DNA of 64,000 nt, taken from an uncultured delta proteobacterium (GTDB taxonomy: Bacteria; Desulfobacterota; Binatia; Binatales; Binataceae). The stretch lies in contig CAWFGH010000012.1 in assembly GCA_963815255.1 (NCBI GenBank), forward strand, positions 268,121 to 332,120. The letters run 5' to 3'. This document shows positions 8,022 to 17,448 of this stretch, piece by piece. Position numbers and translations under genes: made by a program. The notes below the pieces were generated by a model that ran no database searches, had not been told where the DNA came from, and saw nothing but the letters and a program-made list of their open reading frames with translations. The stretch's first letter is position 1, and every line of letters starts with the position of its first letter.

Positions 8022-10304
8022 ATGGCGAGTCAAACAGAGCCTTTTCAGCCGCTCCAGCCGCTCTCACTCGAACCTTCGATGGCACTCGAGGCGGCCGTCG
8101 ATCCAGCGGCGGCCGTCGACGTGGCCAACGGTGACGGAGCCGTCGCGGAAGTCCATGGCGTCAATGGCGGCTCCTCTGCCGGGATACGGATTGACGCCGA
8201 TCTCAAGGCGCCCGAACTGTTTCTGAATCGCGAGCTCACCTGGCTCGCGTTCAACCGGCGCGTCTTCGCCGAGGTGCTGGATGAGAGCAATCCGCTGCTC
8301 GAGCGGGTGAAGTTCCTGGCCATCACCGCGTCGAACCTCGACGAATTTTTCATGAAGCGGATCGGCGGCCTCAAGCAGCAGGCGATCGCCGGGATGCAGG
8401 AGTTGACCGACGACGGCCGCACGCCGCAGCAGCAGATCGCGGAGTGCCTCGTCGAAATCCGCGCGTTCGAGGCCGAGCAACGCGCACTGTTGCCCGAGCT
8501 GCTCAAGCAGCTTGCCGAAGCGGACATCCACATACTCGCCTTCGACCAACTGAGCCCGGCCGAGCAGGCGGCGATCCGCGAGTATTACCTGCGCAACATT
8601 TTTCCGCTGATGACGCCGCAGGCGATGGACCCGGCGCATCCGTTCCCGTTCATCTCCAATCTCTCGCTGAATCTGCTGGTCACGTTGCGCGCCCCCGATG
8701 ACACCGAGCCGTCGCTGGCGCGAGTCAAGGTGCCGGTCGGGCTCGGCATCCCGCGCTTTTTGCGAGTCGACGGCACCCGGCGCTTTGTTCCGCTCGAGGA
8801 CGTGGTCGCGCACACCCTCGACCTGCTCTTCCCGGAGGCGAAGATCGACGGCTACGAATTCTTTCGCGTCACCCGCAACGCCAACACCGAGCGCGACGAG
8901 GACGAGGCCGACGATCTGCTGGCGCTGATCGAATCCGAGCTACGCGACCGCCGCTTCGCGCCGATCGTCCGGATGGAGGCCGTGCGGGGCATGAATCCCG
9001 CGCATCGCGGGATGCTCGCGGCCGAGCTTGGCCTGGACGAGCACGACGACGTGTTCGAGATCGACGCGGGGATGCTGGCGATGCGCGATCTGATGGAGCT
9101 GACCGCGGTCGATAATCCGGCGCTGCACGATCCGCCGCATCATCCGGCCGATCACGCGCGTCTCGCGCCCTCGCGCAACATTTTTCACGTGATTCGCGAG
9201 GCCGGTTCGATCCTGCTGATGCATCCGTACGAATCGTTCCCCACCTCGGTCGGGCGCTTTCTGCGCGAGGCCAGCGAGGACCCCAAGGTGCGGGCGATAA
9301 AGATGACGCTCTACCGCACCTCGAGCGATTCGGAAGTGATCGGATATCTGTGCGACGCGGCGCGCAACGGCAAGCAGGTCGCCGTGGTGGTCGAGCTCAA
9401 GGCGCGCTTCGACGAAGCCGCCAACATCCAGTTCGCCGAGCAGCTCGAGGAATACGGCATCCACGTCACTTACGGCGTGGTCGGGCTCAAGACGCACTGC
9501 AAGGTGATCCTGGTGGTGCGCCAGGATTACAATGGGCTCCGCCGCTACGCGCATGTCGGCACCGGCAACTATCACGCGGGCACCGCGCGCCTATACGCCG
9601 ATTTCGGACTGCTGACCAGCGACGACGCGATCGGCGCCGACCTGACGCAGCTTTTCAATTTTCTCACCACCGGCTATCGCGTCGGCCGCACCTTCAAAAA
9701 AATTCTGCCGGCGCCGGCCCTGCTCAAGCGGGCGCTGCTCGAGAAGATCGATCGCGAGGTCAAGCTCCAGCGCTCCGGCTCGCCGGGCCTGATCCAGATG
9801 AAGATGAACGCGCTCGAGGACGTCGACATCACGCGCGCGCTCTACCGCGCCGCGCAGGCCGGAGTGAAGATCGATCTGATCGTGCGCGACACCTGCCGGC
9901 TGCGCCCGGGAATTCCCCGGCTCTCGGAAAGTGTGCGCGTGGTCAGCGTCGTCGGGCGCTTCCTCGAGCACGGGCGCATCTACTATTTTCGCAATGGCGG
10001 CGCGGAGGAATATTTCATCGGCTCGGCCGATTGTATGAAACGCAACCTGGAGAGCAGGGTCGAGGCCGTCGCCCCGGTCGAGGATCCGACGCTGCGCAAG
10101 GAACTGCGCGCGGTGTTCGACTTGCAGCTCAAGCCCAATCACGCGGCGTGGGAGATGCGCTCCGACGGCAGCTACGTACGGCTGCCGGGCGATCCGAAGA
10201 CCAACTGCCAGATCGCGATGATCGATGTCATCGAAAAGCGTGAGAAGGAAGAGGGAAAGACCCGGCGGCGGCGCAGAGGCTTCGCCCGGCGCGTGATGAA
10301 GTAG
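8022..10304 (+). CDS. ppk1: Polyphosphate kinase 1
   Basis: FLNRELTWLAFNRRV, SNLDEFFMKR, DPAHPFPFISNLSLN, HPYESF, ELKARFDEAANI, GLKTHCK, GTGNYH, VVGRFLEHGRIY. Confidence 0.97.
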   Translation: MASQTEPFQPLQPLSLEPSMALEAAVDPAAAVDVANGDGAVAEVHGVNGGSSAGIRIDADLKAPELFLNRELTWLAFNRRVFAEVLDESNPLLERVKFLAITASNLDEFFMKRIGGLKQQAIAGMQELTDDGRTPQQQIAECLVEIRAFEAEQRALLPELLKQLAEADIHILAFDQLSPAEQAAIREYYLRNIFPLMTPQAMDPAHPFPFISNLSLNLLVTLRAPDDTEPSLARVKVPVGLGIPRFLRVDGTRRFVPLEDVVAHTLDLLFPEAKIDGYEFFRVTRNANTERDEDEADDLLALIESELRDRRFAPIVRMEAVRGMNPAHRGMLAAELGLDEHDDVFEIDAGMLAMRDLMELTAVDNPALHDPPHHPADHARLAPSRNIFHVIREAGSILLMHPYESFPTSVGRFLREASEDPKVRAIKMTLYRTSSDSEVIGYLCDAARNGKQVAVVVELKARFDEAANIQFAEQLEEYGIHVTYGVVGLKTHCKVILVVRQDYNGLRRYAHVGTGNYHAGTARLYADFGLLTSDDAIGADLTQLFNFLTTGYRVGRTFKKILPAPALLKRALLEKIDREVKLQRSGSPGLIQMKMNALEDVDITRALYRAAQAGVKIDLIVRDTCRLRPGIPRLSESVRVVSVVGRFLEHGRIYYFRNGGAEEYFIGSADCMKRNLESRVEAVAPVEDPTLRKELRAVFDLQLKPNHAAWEMRSDGSYVRLPGDPKTNCQIAMIDVIEKREKEEGKTRRRRRGFARRVMK

Positions 10305-10358
10305 CCACTCGCGCGTTGCGCGGCCCCGGCGATCCGGAACGGAAAGAGGAATTCATAC

Positions 10359-10910
10359 ATGAAACGTGCACTCCTGGTCATCGACGTACAGAATGAGTAT
10401 TTCACCGGCAAAATGCCGGTCAGCTATCCGCCGGGCTCGCTCGACAACATCCTGAAAGCGATGGATTCGGCGCGCGCACACCATGTACCGGTGGTCGTGG
10501 TCCGTCATGAGGCAAAGGGCGATCGCGGGGTGTTCAAGGCCGGAACCGAGGAATGGAACCTGCACAAGGACGTCGCGGCCCGGCCCGCCGATTTGCTGGT
10601 CGACAAGAACCTGCCCTCGAGCTTCGCCGGCACCGACCTGGAGAAGTGGCTGCGCGAGAACCAGATCGACACCCTGACCGTGAGCGGGTACATGACGCAG
10701 ATGTGCTGCGACAGCACCGCGCGGGACGGGTTCCATCGCGGCTACAAGGTGGAATTTCTCTCCGACGCCACCGGCACGCTGACGGTCGGTAATAACTCGG
10801 GCAAGGTTGCCGACAAGGACCTGCACAATTCGGTGCTGGTCACGCAGGCCTCGATGTTCAGCAAAGTGATGGACACCGCCGACTGGATCAAAAAGCTTGA
10901 CGAGAAGTGA
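10359..10910 (+). CDS. Cysteine hydrolase (isochorismatase family)
   Basis: [13 protein letters not shown]...[21 protein letters not shown] catalytic motif. Confidence 0.9.
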   Translation: MKRALLVIDVQNEYFTGKMPVSYPPGSLDNILKAMDSARAHHVPVVVVRHEAKGDRGVFKAGTEEWNLHKDVAARPADLLVDKNLPSSFAGTDLEKWLRENQIDTLTVSGYMTQMCCDSTARDGFHRGYKVEFLSDATGTLTVGNNSGKVADKDLHNSVLVTQASMFSKVMDTADWIKKLDEK

Positions 10911-11001
10911 AGAGCGAAGAGTGACGGCTGCGGCGCGCTGCCCGCGGCTGTTTGATCGCGTGGCGTTGCGCGCTTGCGGCCGCGCGCGGCGGATCGATCG
11001 T

Positions 11002-11652
11002 TCAACCACCCTTGAGGCGGGCGTAGTGGCGATGCGCCTTCGCGCGGTTTCCACATGCGCTCATCGAGCACCAGCGCCGGGTGCCGTTCTTGCTCTCGTC
11101 CAGGAACAGCCACAGACACTTGCTGTTCGCGCACTCGCGCACCCGGGTCAGTTGCGGACCGGCCAGCAAATCGCCTGCCGACCATAACACCGGGGCCAGC
11201 AACGCCGACGCGGTCGCGCGCGATTTCCCCTCGATTCGCCAGCCGAAGGCGCCGCCGATACGCTGAAGGGCGCTCCGCGCGGGAGTCTCCTTCAATGCGC
11301 GATTAAGCTCGGACAGATCGCCGTCGGCCGGTGTGTTGCCGCTCGCGACCGCATGGAAGATGCGGTAGACCGTCTCCCGAAGCGCGATCGCGCCGCGAAA
11401 AATCGCCGCCGCCTCTGCGGGATGGCGGTCTGCCCAGGTCCCATTCGTCCCGTTTGTCCCGCTATCCGCGATTGCGCCGGCTAACACGCTGCCCGAGGAG
11501 GCGCACCACTTCACGAGATCCGGCAATCCGTGCAGGCTTTCGCTCGGTGTGCTGCCGCGCCACGCGAGCGTGTTCCCGAAATCGAGGCAGAGGTCGCGGC
11601 GGGGAGCCAAAACCAAAGCGCCCGCCCGCCCGATGCATTTAGAGGTCGTCAC
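11002..11652 (-). CDS. ABATE/CGNR zinc-finger protein (predicted regulator)
   Basis: LCLDFGNT N-terminus; C-terminal RECANSKCLWLFLDESKNGTRRWCSMSACGNRAKAHRH. Confidence 0.92.
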   Translation of the reverse strand: MTTSKCIGRAGALVLAPRRDLCLDFGNTLAWRGSTPSESLHGLPDLVKWCASSGSVLAGAIADSGTNGTNGTWADRHPAEAAAIFRGAIALRETVYRIFHAVASGNTPADGDLSELNRALKETPARSALQRIGGAFGWRIEGKSRATASALLAPVLWSAGDLLAGPQLTRVRECANSKCLWLFLDESKNGTRRWCSMSACGNRAKAHRHYARLKGG

Positions 11653-11667
11653 CCGGCCTTTACCATA

Positions 11668-11750
11668 CTAACCGCCATGACGGTTGACAATCGCCTGTCG
11701 ATGATCTATCTAACCACTGTACTGGTTGTTTCAACCAGCTAGCAAGTTAG
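11668..11750. promoter_or_regulatory. Three related palindromic boxes around a TTGACA promoter in the CGNR/VOC divergent region
   Basis: CTAACC-gccatgac-GGTTG (11668-11686), CTAACC-actgtact-GGTTG (11710-11728), inverted copy CAACC-agctagca-AGTTAG (11732-11750); TTGACA at 11684-11689. Confidence 0.65.
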
Positions 11751-11798
11751 AAGGCCGGGAGGCGAGCAGCGCTCCCGTCAAAAAAGGAGCACGAGGTT

Positions 11799-12176
11799 AT
11801 GATTCATCACGTCTCGATTGGGGTGAGCGACATTGGCAAAGCACGGCGGTTTTACGATGCGGCGCTGGCGCCCCTTGGCGCGAAATGCCTGAGCGAGGAC
11901 GCAAGCGCGCTCGGCTATGGCGGTAGCGATGGGCCGCGACTGTGGTTGCTGGCTGCCGGTACGAAGGTCCCGCGCGACATCGCGGGCCTGCACATCTGCT
12001 TCGAGGCCGGGCGGCGCGCCGCGGTGGACGCCTTTCATGCCGCCGCGGTCCATTCGGGTGGCCGCGACAACGGCAAGCCGGGGCTGCGTGCCGATTACGG
12101 CGAAAACTACTATGCCGCGTTCGTCACCGATCCGGACGGCAACCGGATCGAAGCGTACTGCGGCCGCAAAGAATAA
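11799..12176 (+). CDS. VOC / glyoxalase-bleomycin resistance family protein
   Basis: MIHHVSIGVSD...ARRFYDAAL, HICFEA...VDAFH, YYAAFVTDPDGNRIEA. Confidence 0.92.
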   Translation: MIHHVSIGVSDIGKARRFYDAALAPLGAKCLSEDASALGYGGSDGPRLWLLAAGTKVPRDIAGLHICFEAGRRAAVDAFHAAAVHSGGRDNGKPGLRADYGENYYAAFVTDPDGNRIEAYCGRKE

Positions 12177-12263
12177 GACGCGCCAACGCGGCGGCTTTAA
12201 TCTGGAGGACCCGCCGAAACCCGCGTAGAAATTCCGCTGCCGGGAAATGACGATGCGATACGT

Positions 12264-12298
12264 GGAGCCGCGCCGCCGGTATTCGGGGGCGCGGCTCC
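12264..12298 (+). terminator. GC-rich hairpin downstream of the VOC gene (possible terminator)
   Basis: Perfect 11-bp arms GGAGCCGCGCC / GGCGCGGCTCC with inner CCG/CGG pairing; U-tract weak. Confidence 0.4.
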
Positions 12299-12308
12299 CG
12301 CTGTCCTC

Positions 12309-12359
12309 TTGACACGCTTCCAGGCCGGGCATAGTAATTCTAGTTAGTCGATAGACTAA
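12309..12359 (+). promoter_or_regulatory. Sigma70-like promoter of the Rrf2 gene with overlapping palindrome
   Basis: TTGACA (12309-12314), TAGTAAT at 12332-12338, palindrome TTAGTC-gata-GACTAA (12344-12359) immediately before the ATG. Confidence 0.6.
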
Positions 12360-12360
12360 A

Positions 12361-12819
12361 ATGCTCGCGCAGAAGTCCAAATACGCGCTCAGAGCACTGC
12401 TTGTGCTGGCCAAGGAATATGGCCAGGGTCCAGTGCTGATTTCCGATATCGCCCATCGCGAGGCGCTCCCGCAAAAGTTTCTCGAGCTCATTTTGCTCGA
12501 ACTGCGCAACCACGGGATCCTCGGAAGCAAGAAGGGCAAGGGTGGCGGATACTTCCTCGCCCGGCGACCCGAGTTGGTGCACCTGGGGGAGGTTTTACGC
12601 GTGCTGGAGGGGCCTCTCGCGCCTTTACCATGCGTAAGCAAGACCGCCTACGTACGATGCGCCGAGTGCCGGGATGAACGCACTTGCGGCATCCGGATGG
12701 TCATGAAGGACGTCCGAGACGCGACCGCACGAATTCTCGACCAGACCAGCCTGGCCGACATTCTCAAACGCGTCGAGCTCGCCGTCGAGGGTAAGGAAGC
12801 GCTGAATTATGCGATCTGA
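12361..12819 (+). CDS. Rrf2-family transcriptional regulator (CymR/IscR-like) of the sulfate operon
   Basis: MLAQKSKYALRALL, PQKFLELILLELRNHG, SKKGKGGGYFLA, EGPLAPLPCVS...C.EC.DE..CGIR. Confidence 0.92.
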   Translation: MLAQKSKYALRALLVLAKEYGQGPVLISDIAHREALPQKFLELILLELRNHGILGSKKGKGGGYFLARRPELVHLGEVLRVLEGPLAPLPCVSKTAYVRCAECRDERTCGIRMVMKDVRDATARILDQTSLADILKRVELAVEGKEALNYAI

Positions 12820-12835
12820 ATTTTTTTGGCTGATT

Positions 12836-12856
12836 AGTCTACTAAGATAATCGATT
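12836..12856. promoter_or_regulatory. Second candidate Rrf2 operator
   Basis: AGTCTACTAAGATAATCGATT matches ATTCTAGTTAGTCGATAGACT (12337-12357) at 13 of 21 positions; AT-rich and directly upstream of the DUF2292 ATG. Confidence 0.45.
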
Positions 12857-12857
12857 T

Positions 12858-13046
12858 ATGGGACTAAAAGAGCAACGATCCGATCAGGCAAGAGCTGACA
12901 CCTCGAACGCCGATCTTGCCCGCGTGCTCGAGGAGATCGAGCGAGCAATCAGGACCGTCGCTTACGGTTCGGTCGAGGTCATCATCCAAAACTCTCGCGT
13001 GGTGCAGATAGAGCGTAAGGAAAAATTTCGCTTCAGCGAAAGTTGA
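12858..13046 (+). CDS. YezD/OscA family small protein (DUF2292)
   Basis: IERAIRTVAYGSVEVIIQNSRVVQIERKEKFRF signature; typical position upstream of sulfate uptake genes. Confidence 0.85.
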   Translation: MGLKEQRSDQARADTSNADLARVLEEIERAIRTVAYGSVEVIIQNSRVVQIERKEKFRFSES

Positions 13047-13084
13047 ATCCTTATCCTGCCGGCGGATCGTCAGCCGGGCCGCCA

Positions 13085-13146
13085 ACCGGACAACCGGAGG
13101 CGTGAAGTTCAGAAACAACAGGGCGAACTGACCGGACCACCGGAAG
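13085..13146 (+). repeat. Two 16-nt direct repeats in the DUF2292-porin leader
   Basis: ACCGGACAACCGGAGG (13085-13100) and ACCGGACCACCGGAAG (13131-13146); each contains two ACCGGA units 8 nt apart. Confidence 0.8.
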
Positions 13147-13172
13147 TTCCGACCGCGAGGAAGGAGACTTCA

Positions 13173-14600
13173 ATGGTTCGGTTTCGGTTTCGATGGTTTG
13201 CGATCCTGGCGGTGGCCGGGATCAGCTTACTTGGATCGCGTCCCGCGATGGCGCAGTCGCCAACAGGGGCGCAAACACAACTGCAGAACGAGATCGATCA
13301 GCTCAAGCAGAAAGTTGAAGCGCTGGAGGCGGCAAACGCCCAGCTTCAGCATCTCGATCAGCAGGTCAAGATCGTCGATCGCAAACTCAATCAGCAGCAA
13401 AGCGCCACGCGCGAGGAGGCGCTCACTCGCCCGGTAGTCGACGTTGGGCCGGACGGGTTTTTTATTCACTCCCAGGACAACAGCTACAACTTGCGTATCG
13501 GCGGCTATATGCAGGCTGACGGGCGGTTCTATCTTTCTGAGCCGAAGCCAACCGGCAGCGAATTTCTGATACGCCGTCTGCGCCCGTACTTCGAAGGCAC
13601 GGTCGCCAAGTACTACGACTTTCGCTTCATGACAGATTTCGGTCAGGGTACCACCACCCTGGAGGACGCTTACGCCGACATTCATTACTGGCCCGAATTC
13701 CGGCTCCGTGTGGGCAAATTCAGGGAACCCGTGGGGCTCGAAAGATTGGAAGAGGACCGCGCGATCAAGTTTGTCGAGCGCGGCCTGCCAACCGATCTCG
13801 TGCCCGACCGAGACTTAGGCTTTAACCTCCACGGCGACTTGTTTGCGCAGCGAGTCGAGTACGCGCTGGGGTTCTTCAACGGCACGCCGGACAATACCGC
13901 CACTGACGACAGCGATAACAACGACGGCAAGGATTTCGCCGGCCGTATCTTCGTCCATCCCTTCGCCGACACCTCGCTCGAGTACGTCCGTCAGCTCGGC
14001 CTCGGTATCGCCGGCACCTATGGTGACGAGCGCTCGACGACTATCGACAGCACCTACAAGTCGACCGGCCAGGCCGTGTTCTTCACCTACGCCAAGGGTG
14101 TGATCGCGTCGGGTCCGCGTTACCGCTATTCGCCGCAGTTCAATTACTACTGGCGATCCTTCGGGTTATTGGGCGAATACGTACAGAATACGCAGAGGCT
14201 GCTTTTGCCGTCGTCCAAGAACGCGCACCCACAACCGATCAGCAATCAGGCCTGGCAGCTCGCCGCGACATACCTGGTAACCGGCGAAGACGCGACCTAT
14301 GGACAGGTCAAGCCGCGTCGAAATTTCGATCCGATCGACGGCGGGATCGGCGCATGGGAGTTCGCGGCGCGAATCGACAAGCTGCTGATCGATCGCGACG
14401 TCTACAAATACGGGTTTGCCAGCTCGTCTACCTCGGCGCTGGAGGCTTTCGAATGGGCGGTCGGCGTCAACTGGTATTTGAACCCCAATGTGAAGATGCA
14501 GTTCGACTACGAGCATACGGGCTTTCGCTACGGTGCCGCGAAGGGCCATGACCGCCCTGATGAAAGCGTGCTGTTAAGCGAGCTGCAGCTGCAGTTCTAG
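13173..14600 (+). CDS. OprO/OprP-family anion-selective porin
   Basis: Signal peptide, short coiled coil, then GGYMQADGRF, FLIRRLRPYFEG, GKFREPVGLERL, FVERGLPT, GVNWYLNPNVK and C-terminal LQLQF. Confidence 0.88.
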   Translation: MVRFRFRWFAILAVAGISLLGSRPAMAQSPTGAQTQLQNEIDQLKQKVEALEAANAQLQHLDQQVKIVDRKLNQQQSATREEALTRPVVDVGPDGFFIHSQDNSYNLRIGGYMQADGRFYLSEPKPTGSEFLIRRLRPYFEGTVAKYYDFRFMTDFGQGTTTLEDAYADIHYWPEFRLRVGKFREPVGLERLEEDRAIKFVERGLPTDLVPDRDLGFNLHGDLFAQRVEYALGFFNGTPDNTATDDSDNNDGKDFAGRIFVHPFADTSLEYVRQLGLGIAGTYGDERSTTIDSTYKSTGQAVFFTYAKGVIASGPRYRYSPQFNYYWRSFGLLGEYVQNTQRLLLPSSKNAHPQPISNQAWQLAATYLVTGEDATYGQVKPRRNFDPIDGGIGAWEFAARIDKLLIDRDVYKYGFASSSTSALEAFEWAVGVNWYLNPNVKMQFDYEHTGFRYGAAKGHDRPDESVLLSELQLQF

Positions 14601-14636
14601 TTCGTGGGGCTCCCGCATCACTTGAGGAACCGGACT

Positions 14637-15650
14637 ATGAGCTTCAGCAAAATACTATTCGCGGCGGCCGGGTTGCTGACGGTACTCGGAAGATTCACAC
14701 CGGCCATGGCGGCGGCGCAAACGATTCTCAATGTTTCCTACGATCCGACGCGCGAATTTTACGCCGACTACGACGCCGCGTTCGAGAAATACTGGAAGGC
14801 AAAGGCCGGCCAGGACGTCGCCATCAATCTGTCCAACGGCGGCTCGGGCAAACAGGCCCGCGCCGTCATCGACGGTCTCGAGGCCGACGTTGTCACGCTC
14901 GGCCTCGCCTACGATATCGACGCCATCGCCGACAAGGCGCACCTGTTGCCGGCCGACTGGCAAAAGCGCTTGCCGCAGGACAGTTCGCCCTACACGTCGA
15001 CGATCGTTTTCCTGGTGCGCAAGGGCAATCCGAAAAAGATCAAAGACTGGCCCGACCTGGTGAAGCCGGGAATTGAGGTCATTACGCCCAATCCCAAGAC
15101 TTCGGGCGGCGCGCGCTGGTCCTATCTGGCCGCCTGGAGCTATGCGCTCAAGGCTCCGGGCGGAAACGAAGCGGCGGGCAAAGAGTTTGTCACTAAACTC
15201 TACAAAAACGTTCCGGTGCTCGATTCGGGAGCGCGCGGCTCGACCACCACGTTCGCCGAAAGGGGAATCGGCGATGTGCTGCTGTCGTGGGAGAACGAGG
15301 CCTACCTTGCGTTGCAGCAGTTTGGCACCGGCAAATTCGAAATCGTTTATCCTTCCAGCAGCATTTTGGCCGAGCCGCCCGTCGCACTGGTCGACCGGAA
15401 TGTCGATCGGCATGGAACGCGCGCGGTGGCGCAAGCTTATCTAGAGTACCTCTATTCGGCTGACGGCCAGGAGATCGCAGCGAAGCACTTTTTCAGGCCG
15501 AGGCTCGCAGCAGCGGCGAAACAAGGACCAGACTTCCCGCCGATAAAGCTGTACACGGTGGAGGAAATTTTCGGCGGCTGGCAAAACGCGCAGAAGACGC
15601 ATTTTGCCGACGGCGGAGTGTTCGACCAGATTTACCGGCCTGGACCTTAA
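14637..15650 (+). CDS. sbp: Sulfate ABC transporter substrate-binding protein
   Basis: [59 protein letters not shown]. Confidence 0.96.
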   Translation: MSFSKILFAAAGLLTVLGRFTPAMAAAQTILNVSYDPTREFYADYDAAFEKYWKAKAGQDVAINLSNGGSGKQARAVIDGLEADVVTLGLAYDIDAIADKAHLLPADWQKRLPQDSSPYTSTIVFLVRKGNPKKIKDWPDLVKPGIEVITPNPKTSGGARWSYLAAWSYALKAPGGNEAAGKEFVTKLYKNVPVLDSGARGSTTTFAERGIGDVLLSWENEAYLALQQFGTGKFEIVYPSSSILAEPPVALVDRNVDRHGTRAVAQAYLEYLYSADGQEIAAKHFFRPRLAAAAKQGPDFPPIKLYTVEEIFGGWQNAQKTHFADGGVFDQIYRPGP

Positions 15651-15665
15651 CCGTCCGGATGAAAC

Positions 15666-16520
15666 TTGGTGATGAGAGACAGGATGAAAACGCGTTCGCC
15701 CGCGCCCAATGTACTGCCCGGGTTTGGCCTCACGATGGGCTATACGATCATCTACCTGAGTCTGATCGCGCTGATTCCGCTCTCGACGCTAATCCTCAAG
15801 ACCGCCGGCATGGGATGGGGACGTTTCTGGCACGTGGTGGCCTCGCCGCGCGTCGTTGCGGCGTACGAACTGAGTATCGGCGCCTCGCTCGCCGGAGCTA
15901 CGATCAATTCGATCTTCGGGATGCTGGTGGCGTGGACGCTCGTGCGCTATCGCTTTTTCGGCAGATCGATCATCGACGCGCTGGTCGATTTGCCCTTCGC
16001 GCTGCCGACCTCGGTCGCTGGGATAACGCTGACGGCGGTCTATTCCGCCAACGGATGGCTGGGGCGACTGCTCGCGCCTGCGGGAATCAAGGTCGCATTC
16101 ACGCCGCTCGGCGTGATCGTCGCGCTGACCTTTGTCGGGCTGCCGTTCGTGGTGCGTACGGTGCAGCCTGTGCTGCAGGAACTGGAGCCCGAGCTTGAAG
16201 AGGCGGCGGCCACGCTCGGGGCGTCGCGTCTGCAGACTTTCCGGCGCGTGATCGGACCCGTGCTCTTGCCGGCACTGCTGACCGGGTTTGCGCTCGCCTT
16301 CGCCCGCGCGCTCGGCGAATACGGCTCGGTGGTTTTCATTTCGGGCAACATGCCGATGCGAACCGAGGTGGTGCCGTTGCTGATCATGACCGAGCTCGAA
16401 CAATTCGACTACCAGGCAGCGACGGCGATCGCGCTGGTGATGCTGTTGATGTCGTTCGCGATGCTTTTCCTGATCAATCTGCTGCAGCGATGGAGTGCGA
16501 GGCGCCATGCAGTCCGATGA
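15666..16520 (+). CDS. cysT: Sulfate ABC transporter permease CysT
   Basis: DALVDLPFALPTSVAG, PFVVRTVQPVL, EEAAATLGASR, ALGEYGSVVFISGNMP. Confidence 0.95.
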   Translation: MVMRDRMKTRSPAPNVLPGFGLTMGYTIIYLSLIALIPLSTLILKTAGMGWGRFWHVVASPRVVAAYELSIGASLAGATINSIFGMLVAWTLVRYRFFGRSIIDALVDLPFALPTSVAGITLTAVYSANGWLGRLLAPAGIKVAFTPLGVIVALTFVGLPFVVRTVQPVLQELEPELEEAAATLGASRLQTFRRVIGPVLLPALLTGFALAFARALGEYGSVVFISGNMPMRTEVVPLLIMTELEQFDYQAATAIALVMLLMSFAMLFLINLLQRWSARRHAVR

Positions 16521-17448
16521 GGGCGAGATAGGCCGTCTGATGAGAGAGAACTACGCGTGGATAGCCCCGCTGGATCCGGCCCGATCGATCCGGGGCGCGA
16601 CGGTCGAACCGCGATGGGTGCAAGTGCTGCTCACGGGCGGCGCAATCCTTTTTTTGGGCGTCTTCCTGTTCGTTCCACTGGCGGCCGTCTTCGGCGAGGC
16701 GTTGCGCAATGGGGTGGGCGCGTATGCCGCGGCGATCGCACAGCCCGAGGCCCGCAGCGCCATCAAGCTCACGTTGCTGACGGCGACGGTGGTGGTGCCG
16801 CTTAACCTGATCTTCGGGCTGGCGGCATCGTGGCTGCTCACGCGTTTCGAGTTTCGCGGCAAGAACTTGCTCACGAGCTTGATCGATTTGCCGTTCGCGG
16901 TTTCGCCGGTGATCGCGGGCATGATTTACGTGCTGCTGTTTGGCGCGCAGGGCTGGTTCGGTGGCTGGCTCGGCGCGCATCACATCAGGATCATCTTCGC
17001 GCTTCCGGGAATCATCCTCGCGACTACGTTCGTCACCTTCCCGTTCATCGCGCGCGAGCTGATTCCGCTGATGGAAGCGGCGGGAACGGACGAGGAGGAG
17101 GCCGCGCTCACGCTCGGTGCGAGCGGTTGGCAGATGTTCTTTCGGGTCACGCTGCCCAACGTGAAGTGGGGGCTGCTCTACGGGCTGGTCATTTGCAATG
17201 CGCGGGCGATGGGCGAGTTCGGCGCCGTTTCCGTGGTCTCGGGCCATATCCGCGGATTGACCAACACGATGCCGCTCTATGTGGAAATTCTCTACAACGA
17301 TTACGACTTCGCAGCTTCTTTCGCGGTGGCGTCGCTTTTGACCTTGCTTGCGCTGTTGACGCTCGCCGCCAAGTCCGTGCTGGCCCGCCGCTCGCTGCCG
17401 TCGCGCGAAGAGCCGCAGCCGAAACAACCCGCCAGGCTGGTGGCATGA
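16507..17448 (+). CDS. cysW: Sulfate ABC transporter permease CysW
   Basis: [57 protein letters not shown]; start codon uncertain. Confidence 0.95.
   Translation: MQSDEGEIGRLMRENYAWIAPLDPARSIRGATVEPRWVQVLLTGGAILFLGVFLFVPLAAVFGEALRNGVGAYAAAIAQPEARSAIKLTLLTATVVVPLNLIFGLAASWLLTRFEFRGKNLLTSLIDLPFAVSPVIAGMIYVLLFGAQGWFGGWLGAHHIRIIFALPGIILATTFVTFPFIARELIPLMEAAGTDEEEAALTLGASGWQMFFRVTLPNVKWGLLYGLVICNARAMGEFGAVSVVSGHIRGLTNTMPLYVEILYNDYDFAASFAVASLLTLLALLTLAAKSVLARRSLPSREEPQPKQPARLVA

Noticed and set aside
9094-9103. TGGAGCTGAC match to the tRNA-Ala 3' region as a possible att site
   Set aside because: Only 10 bp and inside intact ppk1 coding sequence; expected by chance.
13085-13146. Repeats as a mini-CRISPR array
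   Set aside because: Only two 16-nt units, no cas genes, and repeat length too short.
16830-17444. 561-aa ORF extending cysA upstream
   Set aside because: The extension overlaps cysW out of frame; the real start is the ATGA overlap at 17445.
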